This document shows positions 55,043 to 63,511 of a stretch of DNA of 64,000 bases, in pieces. The stretch comes from a virus. Lineage: Duplodnaviria > Caudoviricetes. Position 1 is the stretch's first letter, and each line of letters begins with the position of its first letter. A model generated the notes under the pieces. The model had not been told where the DNA came from. It saw only the letters and a list, made by a program, of their open reading frames with translations, and ran no database searches. The position numbers were made by a program, and so were the translations under genes. The stretch is from the IMG/VR virus record IMGVR_UViG_2937808278_000002, positions 2,622 to 66,621 of that record. One strand, 5' to 3'.

Positions 55043-57372
55043 GCCCACTCCTCGCTGTAGTCGTCCTGTTCCTGCATCCACTCCGGCGCATCCAGCCCTT
55101 CCAGCACGCGCCACATCTCGGACTGATAGGGCTGCGGCAGCATCTCTATCCAGCGGTGTGCCCCGGCGTGGCCCTGTGCCTGGTAGACCTTGCCGCACAG
55201 CTCAACCAGCATCTGCCAGTCCTCATCGCCTTCCGGTACCGCGTACTCATCCGGCTGGCCCTGTTCGGCTGGCACCTGGCCTTCTGGCTGCCAATCCGGT
55301 TCGTTCGGGATTGCCCGGCTCGACTGCACCTGGCCGTTCTCCAGCCAGAGGGTGAAGCCGTCCGCTCTGACGCTGGCGCCTGAGCGCAAACGCCCGATAG
55401 AGAAGGGAGATAAACCCCATTGCTCTGCCATCAACTGATCCGCGAACGCATCAGGATCCGGCTGCGTACAGTTATTGTCAGAGCTCCAAGGTGCCGGGCT
55501 GTCGCCCGTCTTAACCCCAACACCCCCAGCCGAAACTCTGGCGGCCTTGGTGGCCTCATAGGTGCCTGCTGGTACCACTTCCCACCCTTGCAGGCGGGTC
55601 TTGATACCCAAGCGGGCGGTGTGTAATCCCATCAGGCGCTTGATGTCTTCGCCGTAGCAGTTGGCCTGCTCCTCGATGAGGTGGGCCAGCTTGATTGGGT
55701 GCTCGGAGCGGGTCGCCAGAGCGCCGCCCATGGCTTCGAGGTAGCAACGAAAGATGGCGTTATCGGCGGCATAACGGGCGGCCTCAAAGCGCGGGTCTTG
55801 CAACACCGGCTTGGGTGGCCCCACCAGATCGCCATTCTTCTTGGCGTTGCTGATGCGGCGCAGCTCGCGCCAGACCCCGACCGGGGCGCCGCCGATCTGC
55901 TGGAAGGTGCGGATCCCCCACCAACTGGCCCACGCGCAGGCATGCAGTGCTCCCTGGTCTGCTGGGGTGTTCGCTTCTTCGTCGTCACCGACATAGGCGC
56001 CGTCGATGTTCTTGGCGATGTATTTGGCGAGATAGCCGGTTGCATCACCCTTGGTCGGGTCGATCATCTTCCAGTCGAACCGTGGCGTGATATCGGTAAA
56101 GGCCGGAGCCGCCACAGGCTTACGCTCCAGCTCAGCTTTGTCGTCATGCAGGGCGTAGTGCTGCAAGGTGCTGATCACCTTGTTGCGATCGCTTGGGCGC
56201 ATAAACAGCAGCATGTGCCAGTGCGGGGTACCGTCATGGTGCGGCTCGCAGACCCGAAAACCATAAACTGGGGTACCGTTTCGCTTCAGTGCGGCGCGGG
56301 TCAGGCTCCACAGCTTGGCAAGGTATGAGCAGGTTTCGCGTGGGGTGGTACCGTCGTACTTATCGTTATCAACAGTCTTGCCGTTGCCGCTGGTCTTCCA
56401 GGCGTGAAAGCGGCTCGGTGCTGTCCAGGTGAAGAACACGCCCACATGGCCCTGCTGCTCGGCGTAGTCTTCAAAGCCACGCATGCGGGTCATCATCTCG
56501 TTACGGCGGTTGACCGGGTTGGAGACGCTGGCCTCCCAGCAATCCTTCATCGAGATCACCAGATCGTGCTGGCCGTTCATCACTTCCGACTCGGCCAGCC
56601 AGCGCATCATGGCCCGCTTGCGCTCGCGCACCACCTTCATTGTGGCGTTCGAGACGTAGGCAGAGACGCCCTTGCGCACCTTGCCCAGCAGAATGGCGAT
56701 GTGCTCTTGCAGCCGATCCCAGCAGCGGTTGACTCGCTTCTCCCACCACTTGGCAGAGAGCAGGCGCACCATCACGCTCAAGATCCAGTTACTCCGCGCC
56801 TCTTTGGTTTGGAATTTTGGTATCTTGCCGATGAACCCCCACTGGTCGGCAGGCTGCTTGATGGCTTCCCATGTCTCCATCAGATCCAGTTCACCGGCAG
56901 TTGCGCCCTGCTCGATGTTCTTCCATATCGCTGCTGTCTGGTTGGCGAACTGGTGGGCAACACGCTTGCGGCCGTCATCATCGCGCAGCTGCTGGGCATC
57001 GACCGGGATCGCCTGTACGAGAGAGCGAATCCACCCGACCCGCTCACGCAGCCAGATGTTTGCATCGCGGGCTTTTCTGGCGGTGCCACCCTTGCGGCGG
57101 AGGATGTACTGCTTGAACAGGGTCTGGGTCAGTGGCATGGAGAAGCCATCGAGCAGCTGCACCGCCCAGACCAGATCGTACTCACCTACCGATCCGGTAA
57201 ACGAATCAGCCAGGTTGATACCTGGCATGGAGTTGGAGAGCGATTCAATTCGCGACCTGATGGCCTTCTTTGACAGCGGCAGCTGCCCTTTTACAGCAGA
57301 TGGCAGGCGTTGGATGGCAAAACCAAGTTGGCCAGCCTCGGCGGCTGGCCCTGTGTTGTTCTGGTGGTTCAT
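55039..57372 (-). CDS. A: Rolling-circle replication initiator gpA (777 aa)
   Basis: Same HUH and YLAKY motifs and same 2334-nt length as the prophage 1 copy. Confidence 0.95.
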   Translation of the reverse strand: MNHQNNTGPAAEAGQLGFAIQRLPSAVKGQLPLSKKAIRSRIESLSNSMPGINLADSFTGSVGEYDLVWAVQLLDGFSMPLTQTLFKQYILRRKGGTARKARDANIWLRERVGWIRSLVQAIPVDAQQLRDDDGRKRVAHQFANQTAAIWKNIEQGATAGELDLMETWEAIKQPADQWGFIGKIPKFQTKEARSNWILSVMVRLLSAKWWEKRVNRCWDRLQEHIAILLGKVRKGVSAYVSNATMKVVRERKRAMMRWLAESEVMNGQHDLVISMKDCWEASVSNPVNRRNEMMTRMRGFEDYAEQQGHVGVFFTWTAPSRFHAWKTSGNGKTVDNDKYDGTTPRETCSYLAKLWSLTRAALKRNGTPVYGFRVCEPHHDGTPHWHMLLFMRPSDRNKVISTLQHYALHDDKAELERKPVAAPAFTDITPRFDWKMIDPTKGDATGYLAKYIAKNIDGAYVGDDEEANTPADQGALHACAWASWWGIRTFQQIGGAPVGVWRELRRISNAKKNGDLVGPPKPVLQDPRFEAARYAADNAIFRCYLEAMGGALATRSEHPIKLAHLIEEQANCYGEDIKRLMGLHTARLGIKTRLQGWEVVPAGTYEATKAARVSAGGVGVKTGDSPAPWSSDNNCTQPDPDAFADQLMAEQWGLSPFSIGRLRSGASVRADGFTLWLENGQVQSSRAIPNEPDWQPEGQVPAEQGQPDEYAVPEGDEDWQMLVELCGKVYQAQGHAGAHRWIEMLPQPYQSEMWRVLEGLDAPEWMQEQDDYSEEWA
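55465..55494 (-). other. Replication origin inside A
   Basis: Identical to 20600-20629. Confidence 0.75.
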
Positions 57373-57626
57373 AGGTGATGGGTACCCGACAGCTCTTTGA
57401 TGTTGTTCCGGCATGAGGCCAGCGCACGGCGGGCATGGCGCACCATCTTTCTGGCTGCGACACACTGGCGCAGGGTGAGGGCGACCGTGCAGCGGGGGCG
57501 AGGGGATAGCTGGCGCATGGCCAGCAGGTCGCGCTGGTAGCTGCGCAGGCGGGCCTCGTCGCCCATCAGGGTGTCGAACCATCTATCCACACGGGTTTGC
57601 AGGTCGGTGATCAGGCGGTGGCTCAT
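57369..57626 (-). CDS. Conserved hypothetical early protein
   Basis: Paralog of 22504-22761. Confidence 0.7.
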   Translation of the reverse strand: MSHRLITDLQTRVDRWFDTLMGDEARLRSYQRDLLAMRQLSPRPRCTVALTLRQCVAARKMVRHARRALASCRNNIKELSGTHHL

Positions 57627-57937
57627 TTGATGGTCTCCCCCAGCCCGTGGAGCGGTTCGCAGTCTGCCCACCACTCTGCTATTTCTCTCGCCAGCGCCAC
57701 CTCACCGCCACCCAGCGCCAGCCAGTACACGGCGCGGATGGCGCCAAGGGCCAGCAGCTCCTGGGTGATATTGCGGTTGCGCTTGGCGTCGCAGCCCGAG
57801 GTGGCGAACTCATCGGCAGCGGCCTCCCAGTGCTTGGTCAGCGGGCTGACAGGCGCGGGCGGCTGCATATGGGCGGGACCCGCCTCTGTGGTGCCCTGGT
57901 CATCCAGCGGGGCCTCCAGTTCAAACAGGTCGGTCAT
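57623..57937 (-). CDS. Hypothetical protein, 104 aa
   Basis: Coupled by 4-nt overlaps; occupies the MTase slot. Confidence 0.7.
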   Translation of the reverse strand: MTDLFELEAPLDDQGTTEAGPAHMQPPAPVSPLTKHWEAAADEFATSGCDAKRNRNITQELLALGAIRAVYWLALGGGEVALAREIAEWWADCEPLHGLGETIK

Positions 57938-58362
57938 ACCAGCGTCTCCTTGTCGTCGCGGTCTGCATTGGCCTCGCTGCAGGCCAGCGCCAGCAGCCCA
58001 TACATCGCCAGCAGCAGCACTGCTGAGCGAGTGACAACCAGATCCTCACGCCGCAGGCCATCACCCTGGTTCAGCTCTGCCAGCAGTTGCACGACCAGCT
58101 CGCCGGTGTCCTCGAAGGCAGCCAGCCGCTTGCTCAGCTCGTCGGCTGACCTGTAGCCAATGCAATGAGCGGCGGCCGACATGGCGACCATGCTGGTGTT
58201 TACCTCACCGACAAGCGGCTCTGGGAGCGAATCGCCGTTAACACCGACCCAGTCGCTCAGGCTGGCGGCGGTGGTTTTGACCACCCCATACAAATCCAGC
58301 ACAGCCAGCTCGGCGGCCAGCCTGGCCCGCATTGCCATCGGGTTTACATAGATGTCGCTCAC
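57934..58362 (-). CDS. Hypothetical protein, 142 aa (GTG start)
   Basis: GTGA overlap; occupies the MTase slot. Confidence 0.65.
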   Translation of the reverse strand: MSDIYVNPMAMRARLAAELAVLDLYGVVKTTAASLSDWVGVNGDSLPEPLVGEVNTSMVAMSAAAHCIGYRSADELSKRLAAFEDTGELVVQLLAELNQGDGLRREDLVVTRSAVLLLAMYGLLALACSEANADRDDKETLV

Positions 58363-58568
58363 GCCTCATCCCCCATCACAGAGTCGTCATCGAGCAGATC
58401 CGCGGGGCGGCTGGTCACGACCAGCTGCACCTGGATGTACTCATCACCGGAGTAGAGCTCGCCCAGGGCGATGCGGTTTTCCTGCTCGCCGGTGGCCAGC
58501 AGTTCGGTCAGCAGTGGCAGCACGGCCTGCTCTGCCCGCTTGGCGATATGAATGGCGTCGATGCTCAT
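58359..58568 (-). CDS. Conserved hypothetical protein
   Basis: Paralog of 23291-23500. Confidence 0.7.
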   Translation of the reverse strand: MSIDAIHIAKRAEQAVLPLLTELLATGEQENRIALGELYSGDEYIQVQLVVTSRPADLLDDDSVMGDEA

Positions 58569-58756
58569 GCCTGGGCCCTCCGGTTCATGGTGTGGAATAG
58601 CTGGTGCCAGCGCAGTTGCTGGCGGGCCTGCTCGCGCAGATTGCGGCCCTCGGGGCCGCGCTTGGTGGTGTAGGTCTTCGCCCTGATGCGGTGCGGCAGG
58701 TCGGCCAAGTCGGCCAGCGCTGCCTGCCGGGAGATGGGGTGGAACAGCTTTTTCAT
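58565..58756 (-). CDS. Conserved hypothetical protein
   Basis: Paralog of 23497-23688. Confidence 0.65.
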   Translation of the reverse strand: MKKLFHPISRQAALADLADLPHRIRAKTYTTKRGPEGRNLREQARQQLRWHQLFHTMNRRAQA

Positions 58757-58926
58757 GCCACCCCCTCGATGATGCGAATCGAGCCAGAGTTCAGGCGCTC
58801 CATGCGGGCATACCCGTTCTGGCCGCGCAGCCAGGTGGTGCCGCAGTTGATGTAACCGCGTCTGACCAGATAGGCGCTGGCGGCCTTGATGGTCGGTTCG
58901 GTGTGACGAGTGATAACGGCGGCCAT
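58753..58926 (-). CDS. Conserved hypothetical protein
   Basis: Paralog of 23685-23858. Confidence 0.65.
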   Translation of the reverse strand: MAAVITRHTEPTIKAASAYLVRRGYINCGTTWLRGQNGYARMERLNSGSIRIIEGVA

Positions 58927-58928
58927 GA

Positions 58929-59105
58929 TCAGATCCCTCCACGGCTGTTGACGCATGACCAGACCGCACGCCAGGCCATGGCGGCCGGGCGTTCTACTGC
59001 ATGGATCAGGTCAGGGCTGGCGTTGTAGCGTTGACCCAGGCGGGCCAGCTTGCGGTTTTGCAGGCGCAGGTTGCGCACAGTGTCGAGAATGGCTAAAGTT
59101 GGCAT
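58929..59105 (-). CDS. Conserved hypothetical protein
   Basis: Paralog of 23861-24037. Confidence 0.6.
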   Translation of the reverse strand: MPTLAILDTVRNLRLQNRKLARLGQRYNASPDLIHAVERPAAMAWRAVWSCVNSRGGI

Positions 59106-59171
59106 TCGACCTCCTAGTCGATAGCTGATTGATGAAAGCCCCGCGGTGTTCCACCACCTTTGCGGGGTTTT

Positions 59172-59630
59172 TTATTGCCCGATTGCTCGCGGGCCGCTTT
59201 GTGTCATCTGGTTGGCCGCCATGACGGCGCGCTTCATGCGCAGCTTTGCGGCGCGTTCCTTCTTCTCTCTCTCGATATCTCCGATGTGTCTGGTCACTGG
59301 CGCCGGGTGCCACACCTTGGTGTCACAGCCGCCGCGAAACTCCCCCTGATACTCCAGCGCGATCACTGCCATCCTTACCGCCTCGCGTTGTGCGTGGGGC
59401 AGGGCTGACAAGGTTGCCGTCATCAGCTCGCCTCTTGGCTGGCGGGCGATGGCACAGATGGCCGCTTTCTTGGCCTGACTCAGGGCCAGCCAGTCGGTGT
59501 CCAGACTGGAGCGCGTTTTGCCGAACAACTCCCGCAGGATCTGGCAGCCGGCGGTGTTCATGGCCACCTGCTCCAGCGGAGTCAGGCCCGCGAGGTTGCG
59601 TTCGTCGTGGTTGATTTGCTTCTCTTGCAT
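59172..59630 (-). CDS. Early protein, possibly gpB-like
   Basis: Paralog of 24099-24557. Confidence 0.6.
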   Translation of the reverse strand: MQEKQINHDERNLAGLTPLEQVAMNTAGCQILRELFGKTRSSLDTDWLALSQAKKAAICAIARQPRGELMTATLSALPHAQREAVRMAVIALEYQGEFRGGCDTKVWHPAPVTRHIGDIEREKKERAAKLRMKRAVMAANQMTQSGPRAIGQ

Positions 59631-59640
59631 GGGTTTCCCC

Positions 59641-60174
59641 TTACATGGTCATGGTTTGCATCAGGATGTCTGATGCGCAGGCGACGGCCGGCACAGCCTG
59701 AAAGCGGGCCTCGACGTCGTGGATGAGTAGTGCCAGCGACCCCATGGCGGCGGTGGCGACACTGATGATGGTGTTGCGTTCGGTGCGGGTGACCCGTCCC
59801 CGTTCGGCCAGCTCCACCGCACGCAGGCCGATACTGGCCACGTCAGCGTTGAGGCGGATCGCCTGGTGGGGAAGGGATGGCGCCCGGTCGGCGCTGGGGA
59901 TGGCGATGGCCGTCAGGCCACACTCCATCAGCATGCCGTCAATCAGGGTTTCGTCCCCGTCGGTGGCGTGGTAGAGCGCGATGAGATCAGCCACGGTCAG
60001 GTGATGCGGTTGGTCGGGGTTGAGTTTGTTTCTCAACACCTGGGCATCAATGCCGGCCAACGGAGCAATCGCGCTGATCTCGTGATTAGATTTGAACCTG
60101 CTGCATGCAGATTCGAGGTGCGGGTGTTTGCAGTCGCCACTGATAAACATGGTTCTCGCTCCAATGAGTGCCAT
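59641..60174 (-). CDS. cII: CII-type regulatory protein
   Basis: LRNKLNPDQPHHLTVADLIAL...TDGDETLIDGML. Confidence 0.9.
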   Translation of the reverse strand: MALIGARTMFISGDCKHPHLESACSRFKSNHEISAIAPLAGIDAQVLRNKLNPDQPHHLTVADLIALYHATDGDETLIDGMLMECGLTAIAIPSADRAPSLPHQAIRLNADVASIGLRAVELAERGRVTRTERNTIISVATAAMGSLALLIHDVEARFQAVPAVACASDILMQTMTM

Positions 60175-60179
60175 AGTAA

Positions 60180-60431
60180 TCAGGAGGTTGCAGGGAGGTA
60201 GGCGGCTGCGGCGGCTTTGTGGTAGAGCGCGACCATGTTGATCAGGACGCGATGCTTGGGGCCTGGTTTTGGCATGATCTGCAGCTCACCACTGGAGATC
60301 ATCTTCTTGACGGTGCCAACAGGGATACCGGTATCGGCGCTATAGCGCTCGATGGTTTTGACCGGCGAGTCGATCTTGAGTGCAAATTCTGACATGATTG
60401 AACCTCTTGATTGAGCGTCAATACGGGGCAA
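60180..60431 (-). CDS. cox: Cox/Apl-like protein (start may be MSEFAL)
   Basis: PVKTIERYSADTGIPVGTVKKMISSGEL...VLINMVAL. Confidence 0.8.
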   Translation of the reverse strand: MPRIDAQSRGSIMSEFALKIDSPVKTIERYSADTGIPVGTVKKMISSGELQIMPKPGPKHRVLINMVALYHKAAAAAYLPATS

Positions 60432-60454
60432 TGTGATTCGATATGTTTTGGTCT

Positions 60455-60513
60455 AACTCAGCGGTTTGATTCTCAACCTATCGGTTTGCCCTGTCAAGAT
60501 TCCATAGATGGTT
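60455..60513. promoter_or_regulatory. Candidate cI operators
   Basis: AACTCAGCGGTT (60455), AACCTATCGGTT (60475), CCATAGATGGTT (60502). Confidence 0.5.
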
Positions 60514-60529
60514 TATTTGATCTGAGGGT

Positions 60530-61252
60530 TTGATGATGGCTGTCGTTTCCAACCAAAACGTTGTTTATGACCACGATGGGTTTGTTGAAAGGCTTGCTGG
60601 AGTTATCGGTGCCGAGCCAGTTAGGGCCTTTGCCCGGCGTGCAGACATGAGCGATACAGGTTTGAAACGGTATCTATACGATGGAACCATTCCACCAATA
60701 GATAGAGCGATGCGTTTGGCAGAGGCTGGAAATGTCGATCTGGTCTGGTTGCTCTTTGGCATTGGTGACCCGTCGCCAGTAAAAGGTAACTCTTTCCCCA
60801 GTGATGCCGCTGCTGAACACCGTGTGACATATCAATCCGATGAGTTCACGACGATTCCGGCCTACCAGGTCGAAGCCAGTGCGGGTCATGGTTCACAGAT
60901 CACGGATGAGCCTCTGGCTGAGCCCATGGCGTTCCGTACCGACTGGCTGCGCCGTGAAGGGTTTGACCCTGCCAAGATGGCTGTCATCCGTTCCAAGGGC
61001 GACTCGATGGAGCCGACCATCAATGATGGCGATGTGATCCTGGTGCGGTTGAAGAACGGGGAAGCGCCGCGCGATGGCCTCTATGTGCTGCGCCTCGATG
61101 GCGGTCTGTTCGTCAAGCGCCTGCAGTTCGATCTGGGCGGGGTGCGCATCATCTCTGACAACCCTCTGTATAAATCCCGTGACCTGAGCAAGGCCGAACT
61201 GGCCGAGCTGGATCTGGTCGGTCGGGTGGTCTGGGCCGGGAAGAAGTTTTAA
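60530..61252 (+). CDS. cI: CI repressor, HTH plus S24 autopeptidase
   Basis: HTH; ASAGHG cleavage site, GDSMEP Ser, FVKRL Lys. Confidence 0.92.
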   Translation: MMMAVVSNQNVVYDHDGFVERLAGVIGAEPVRAFARRADMSDTGLKRYLYDGTIPPIDRAMRLAEAGNVDLVWLLFGIGDPSPVKGNSFPSDAAAEHRVTYQSDEFTTIPAYQVEASAGHGSQITDEPLAEPMAFRTDWLRREGFDPAKMAVIRSKGDSMEPTINDGDVILVRLKNGEAPRDGLYVLRLDGGLFVKRLQFDLGGVRIISDNPLYKSRDLSKAELAELDLVGRVVWAGKKF

Positions 61253-61266
61253 GTTGAAGGTGGACG

Positions 61267-62319
61267 GTGACAGTCAAAAAGATTGAGGGGCAATCCAAGC
61301 CCTGGCGGGCAGACGTGCGCCCTGATGGGGTGAATGGCCCCCGCCTGCGCAAATCCTTTATGACCAAAGGTGAAGCGCTGGCGTGGGAGCGGCACCAACT
61401 GATGAACAAGCCCTGGCTTAAAGAGGCCGCCCCTGAGCCAGAACCTGAGCCAGAGGGCCCCCGGTTACTTGACTTGGTGCACCTTTGGTTTGGTCGCCAT
61501 GGCCAGACCCTTGCGGATGGTGAGCGGCGGCGTGACAAGTTGGTGTGGCTGTGCGAGGCGCTGGATAACCCGCTGGCCAGCGAGTTCACCTCCGAACACT
61601 TCTCGGCATATAGAGAGCGTCGGCTGGCTGGCGAACTCTATGTGCCAGGGCAACGCAAGCAGGTGACGCCGACCACCATCAACCGGGAGCAGCTCTATTT
61701 GCAGGCGGTGTTCAATGAGCTTTCTCGCCTGGGGGTATGGCACGGCGGTAATCCACTGGCCGACCTGCGCCAGTACAAGGTGCAGGAGAGCGAGCTGGCC
61801 TATCTCTCCCAGGATGAGATCGAGCAGTTGCTCGATGCCTGCAAAGAGCAGCGGGATCTGTGGCTTGTCGTGATGCTTTGCCTATCTACCGGCGCCCGCT
61901 GGTCGGAGATTGAAAAGGTCAGTCGCTCCCAGATCGGTATGGGGCGAATCACCTTCACCAAGACCAAGGGCAAGCGGAACCGGACTGTTCCCGTGGCTCC
62001 CTGGTTACTGACCATGCTGCCTCGGCGAACTGGCCGCCTGTTCGACGATTGCTATGCTGAGTTCGAGAAGGCAATCAGACGGGCTGGCATCACATTGCCC
62101 GCAGGCCAGAGTACCCACGTTCTACGGCACACCTTTGCCAGCCACTTCATGATGAACGGCGGCAACATCCTGGTGCTGCAGCGCATCCTCGGCCATACCG
62201 ACATCAAGATGACGATGCGTTATGCCCACTTCGCGCCCGATCACCTAGAGGACGCCGTGCGGCTGAACCCCATCACGGCGTTGAACAGTGTCCATAAAGA
62301 AAAACTCGAAGCGTCTTGA
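61267..62319 (+). CDS. int: Tyrosine integrase of prophage 2 (GTG start)
   Basis: STGARWSE, HVLRH, LGH, MRYAH. Confidence 0.96.
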   Translation: MTVKKIEGQSKPWRADVRPDGVNGPRLRKSFMTKGEALAWERHQLMNKPWLKEAAPEPEPEPEGPRLLDLVHLWFGRHGQTLADGERRRDKLVWLCEALDNPLASEFTSEHFSAYRERRLAGELYVPGQRKQVTPTTINREQLYLQAVFNELSRLGVWHGGNPLADLRQYKVQESELAYLSQDEIEQLLDACKEQRDLWLVVMLCLSTGARWSEIEKVSRSQIGMGRITFTKTKGKRNRTVPVAPWLLTMLPRRTGRLFDDCYAEFEKAIRRAGITLPAGQSTHVLRHTFASHFMMNGGNILVLQRILGHTDIKMTMRYAHFAPDHLEDAVRLNPITALNSVHKEKLEAS

Positions 62320-62359
62320 TTTAATGCGTTGATTTTTATCGCATTATTTTTCACTCTCT

Positions 62360-62417
62360 AGTTTTCAAGGCAAAAAAAAAGCACCTTCTAGAGGTGCTTT
62401 TTCTTGTCTTGAAAACT
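62360..62417. terminator. Bidirectional terminator between int and the cargo operon
   Basis: AAAAAGCACCT TCTAG AGGTGCTTTTT with outer AGTTTTCAAG/CTTGAAAACT. Confidence 0.8.
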
Positions 62418-62597
62418 TCATGCAGCTTCTTTCGTGCACTTTTTCGGGCCGCTAATCTCAGGACCATTGAACTTGAACTTGTCTTTTTTCAATTCTTGAG
62501 CTGCTGCCATTACATGGCCGAGGGCCTCACCCAGGCGGCTGTAAACATCTTGAGCGCCGAGCTTACGTTCTACGGCGCAATGCTGAGTATGTTTCAT
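62418..62597 (-). CDS. Small basic protein, 59 aa (not in the ORF track)
   Basis: MKHTQHCAVERKLGAQDVYSRLGEALGHVMAAAQELKKDKFKFNGPEISGPKKCTKEAA; AAGAGAG RBS; the stop abuts the terminator. Confidence 0.75.
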   Translation of the reverse strand: MKHTQHCAVERKLGAQDVYSRLGEALGHVMAAAQELKKDKFKFNGPEISGPKKCTKEAA

Positions 62598-62857
62598 GTC
62601 ATGCTCTCTTTTGCGTTGGCCAAAAATTCTGTTACTAACGCGTACCTACTTAATGTGACTTTCTATCAGTAAAGTCAACCTCATCAGGCTTGTAAAGTGC
62701 GTTAGATCTCTATGGTTTACTGTTTGCTACTTGGTTGTACCAAGTAACGTGGCATCAGTAACGGGATATGGGTAGCCGATTCTACACTGAACTTGCGTGA
62801 TGTCGAGTGATAACTGTGCAACGACATTGTGCCTGTTCGATAGGTTCTATCGACATC

Positions 62858-63379
62858 CTATGCTTCTTCTGTAATCCGAACGAAGGTAGCAGCCAAATCT
62901 TCTCGTGACTGATGCATGTCTTGCCCATCACTCTGGAAGCCAAAAGAGCTGTAGTACGCTATGAGTTCTGGCTCGACATCCATAAGCCTCACAGTACTAC
63001 CACCAACAGCTGCAACGTACAGGTAAGATGCGATGATCATCATCTTGAAAACTCGTCCCTTCAACTGGTGCTGATCCTCACGTCTGATGAATGACTCAAC
63101 AAAGTGCATCTCTAGCGTATCAGTTTCGGGATGAAAGACTCCAAGGATTGCTGCATTGAGCAGCCGAGTGTCAGATTGCAGCTTTAGGCCTACGTCAAAT
63201 GACCATTCTTGGTTGCCGTACTCAGTTAGTCCTGCATCCCAGTTTAGGTGGCCGTATCCTCCAGATAAGTATGCCCAATCGAGATCATTGAGAGGCCCAA
63301 CTGCGAGTTCTAGGCCCATCTCATCAGTGACAACTTGTAATGCACTTAGGACTGCCGATTTTATCTGGTCTGCATTCAT
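62858..63379 (-). CDS. GNAT-fold-like hypothetical protein, 173 aa
   Basis: C-terminal LIAYYSSFGF resembles GNAT motif B; LKGRVF is a degenerate motif A. Confidence 0.7.
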   Translation of the reverse strand: MNADQIKSAVLSALQVVTDEMGLELAVGPLNDLDWAYLSGGYGHLNWDAGLTEYGNQEWSFDVGLKLQSDTRLLNAAILGVFHPETDTLEMHFVESFIRREDQHQLKGRVFKMMIIASYLYVAAVGGSTVRLMDVEPELIAYYSSFGFQSDGQDMHQSREDLAATFVRITEEA

Positions 63380-63421
63380 GTAGTTATGCCGTGAGTTGTT
63401 GGTTTTTTGATCTTATCACTA

Positions 63422-63437
63422 CTGTGTATATGCACAG
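63422..63437. promoter_or_regulatory. LexA (SOS) box upstream of the GNAT-like gene
   Basis: TA-CTGT-GTATATGC-ACAG; 42 nt from the start codon; TAAGAT -10 candidate on the minus strand. Confidence 0.8.
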
Positions 63438-63511
63438 AAGAGTCTGATGAAGACCAATCATCTCAGATAGGTTTAGTCGGAACAAATGCGTGAAGGTAAA
63501 AGGTTATCCAG

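Noticed and set aside
62394-62672. 92-aa plus-strand ORF
   Set aside because: Starts inside the terminator and is antisense to the better-supported 59-aa ORF, which has an RBS and ends at the terminator.
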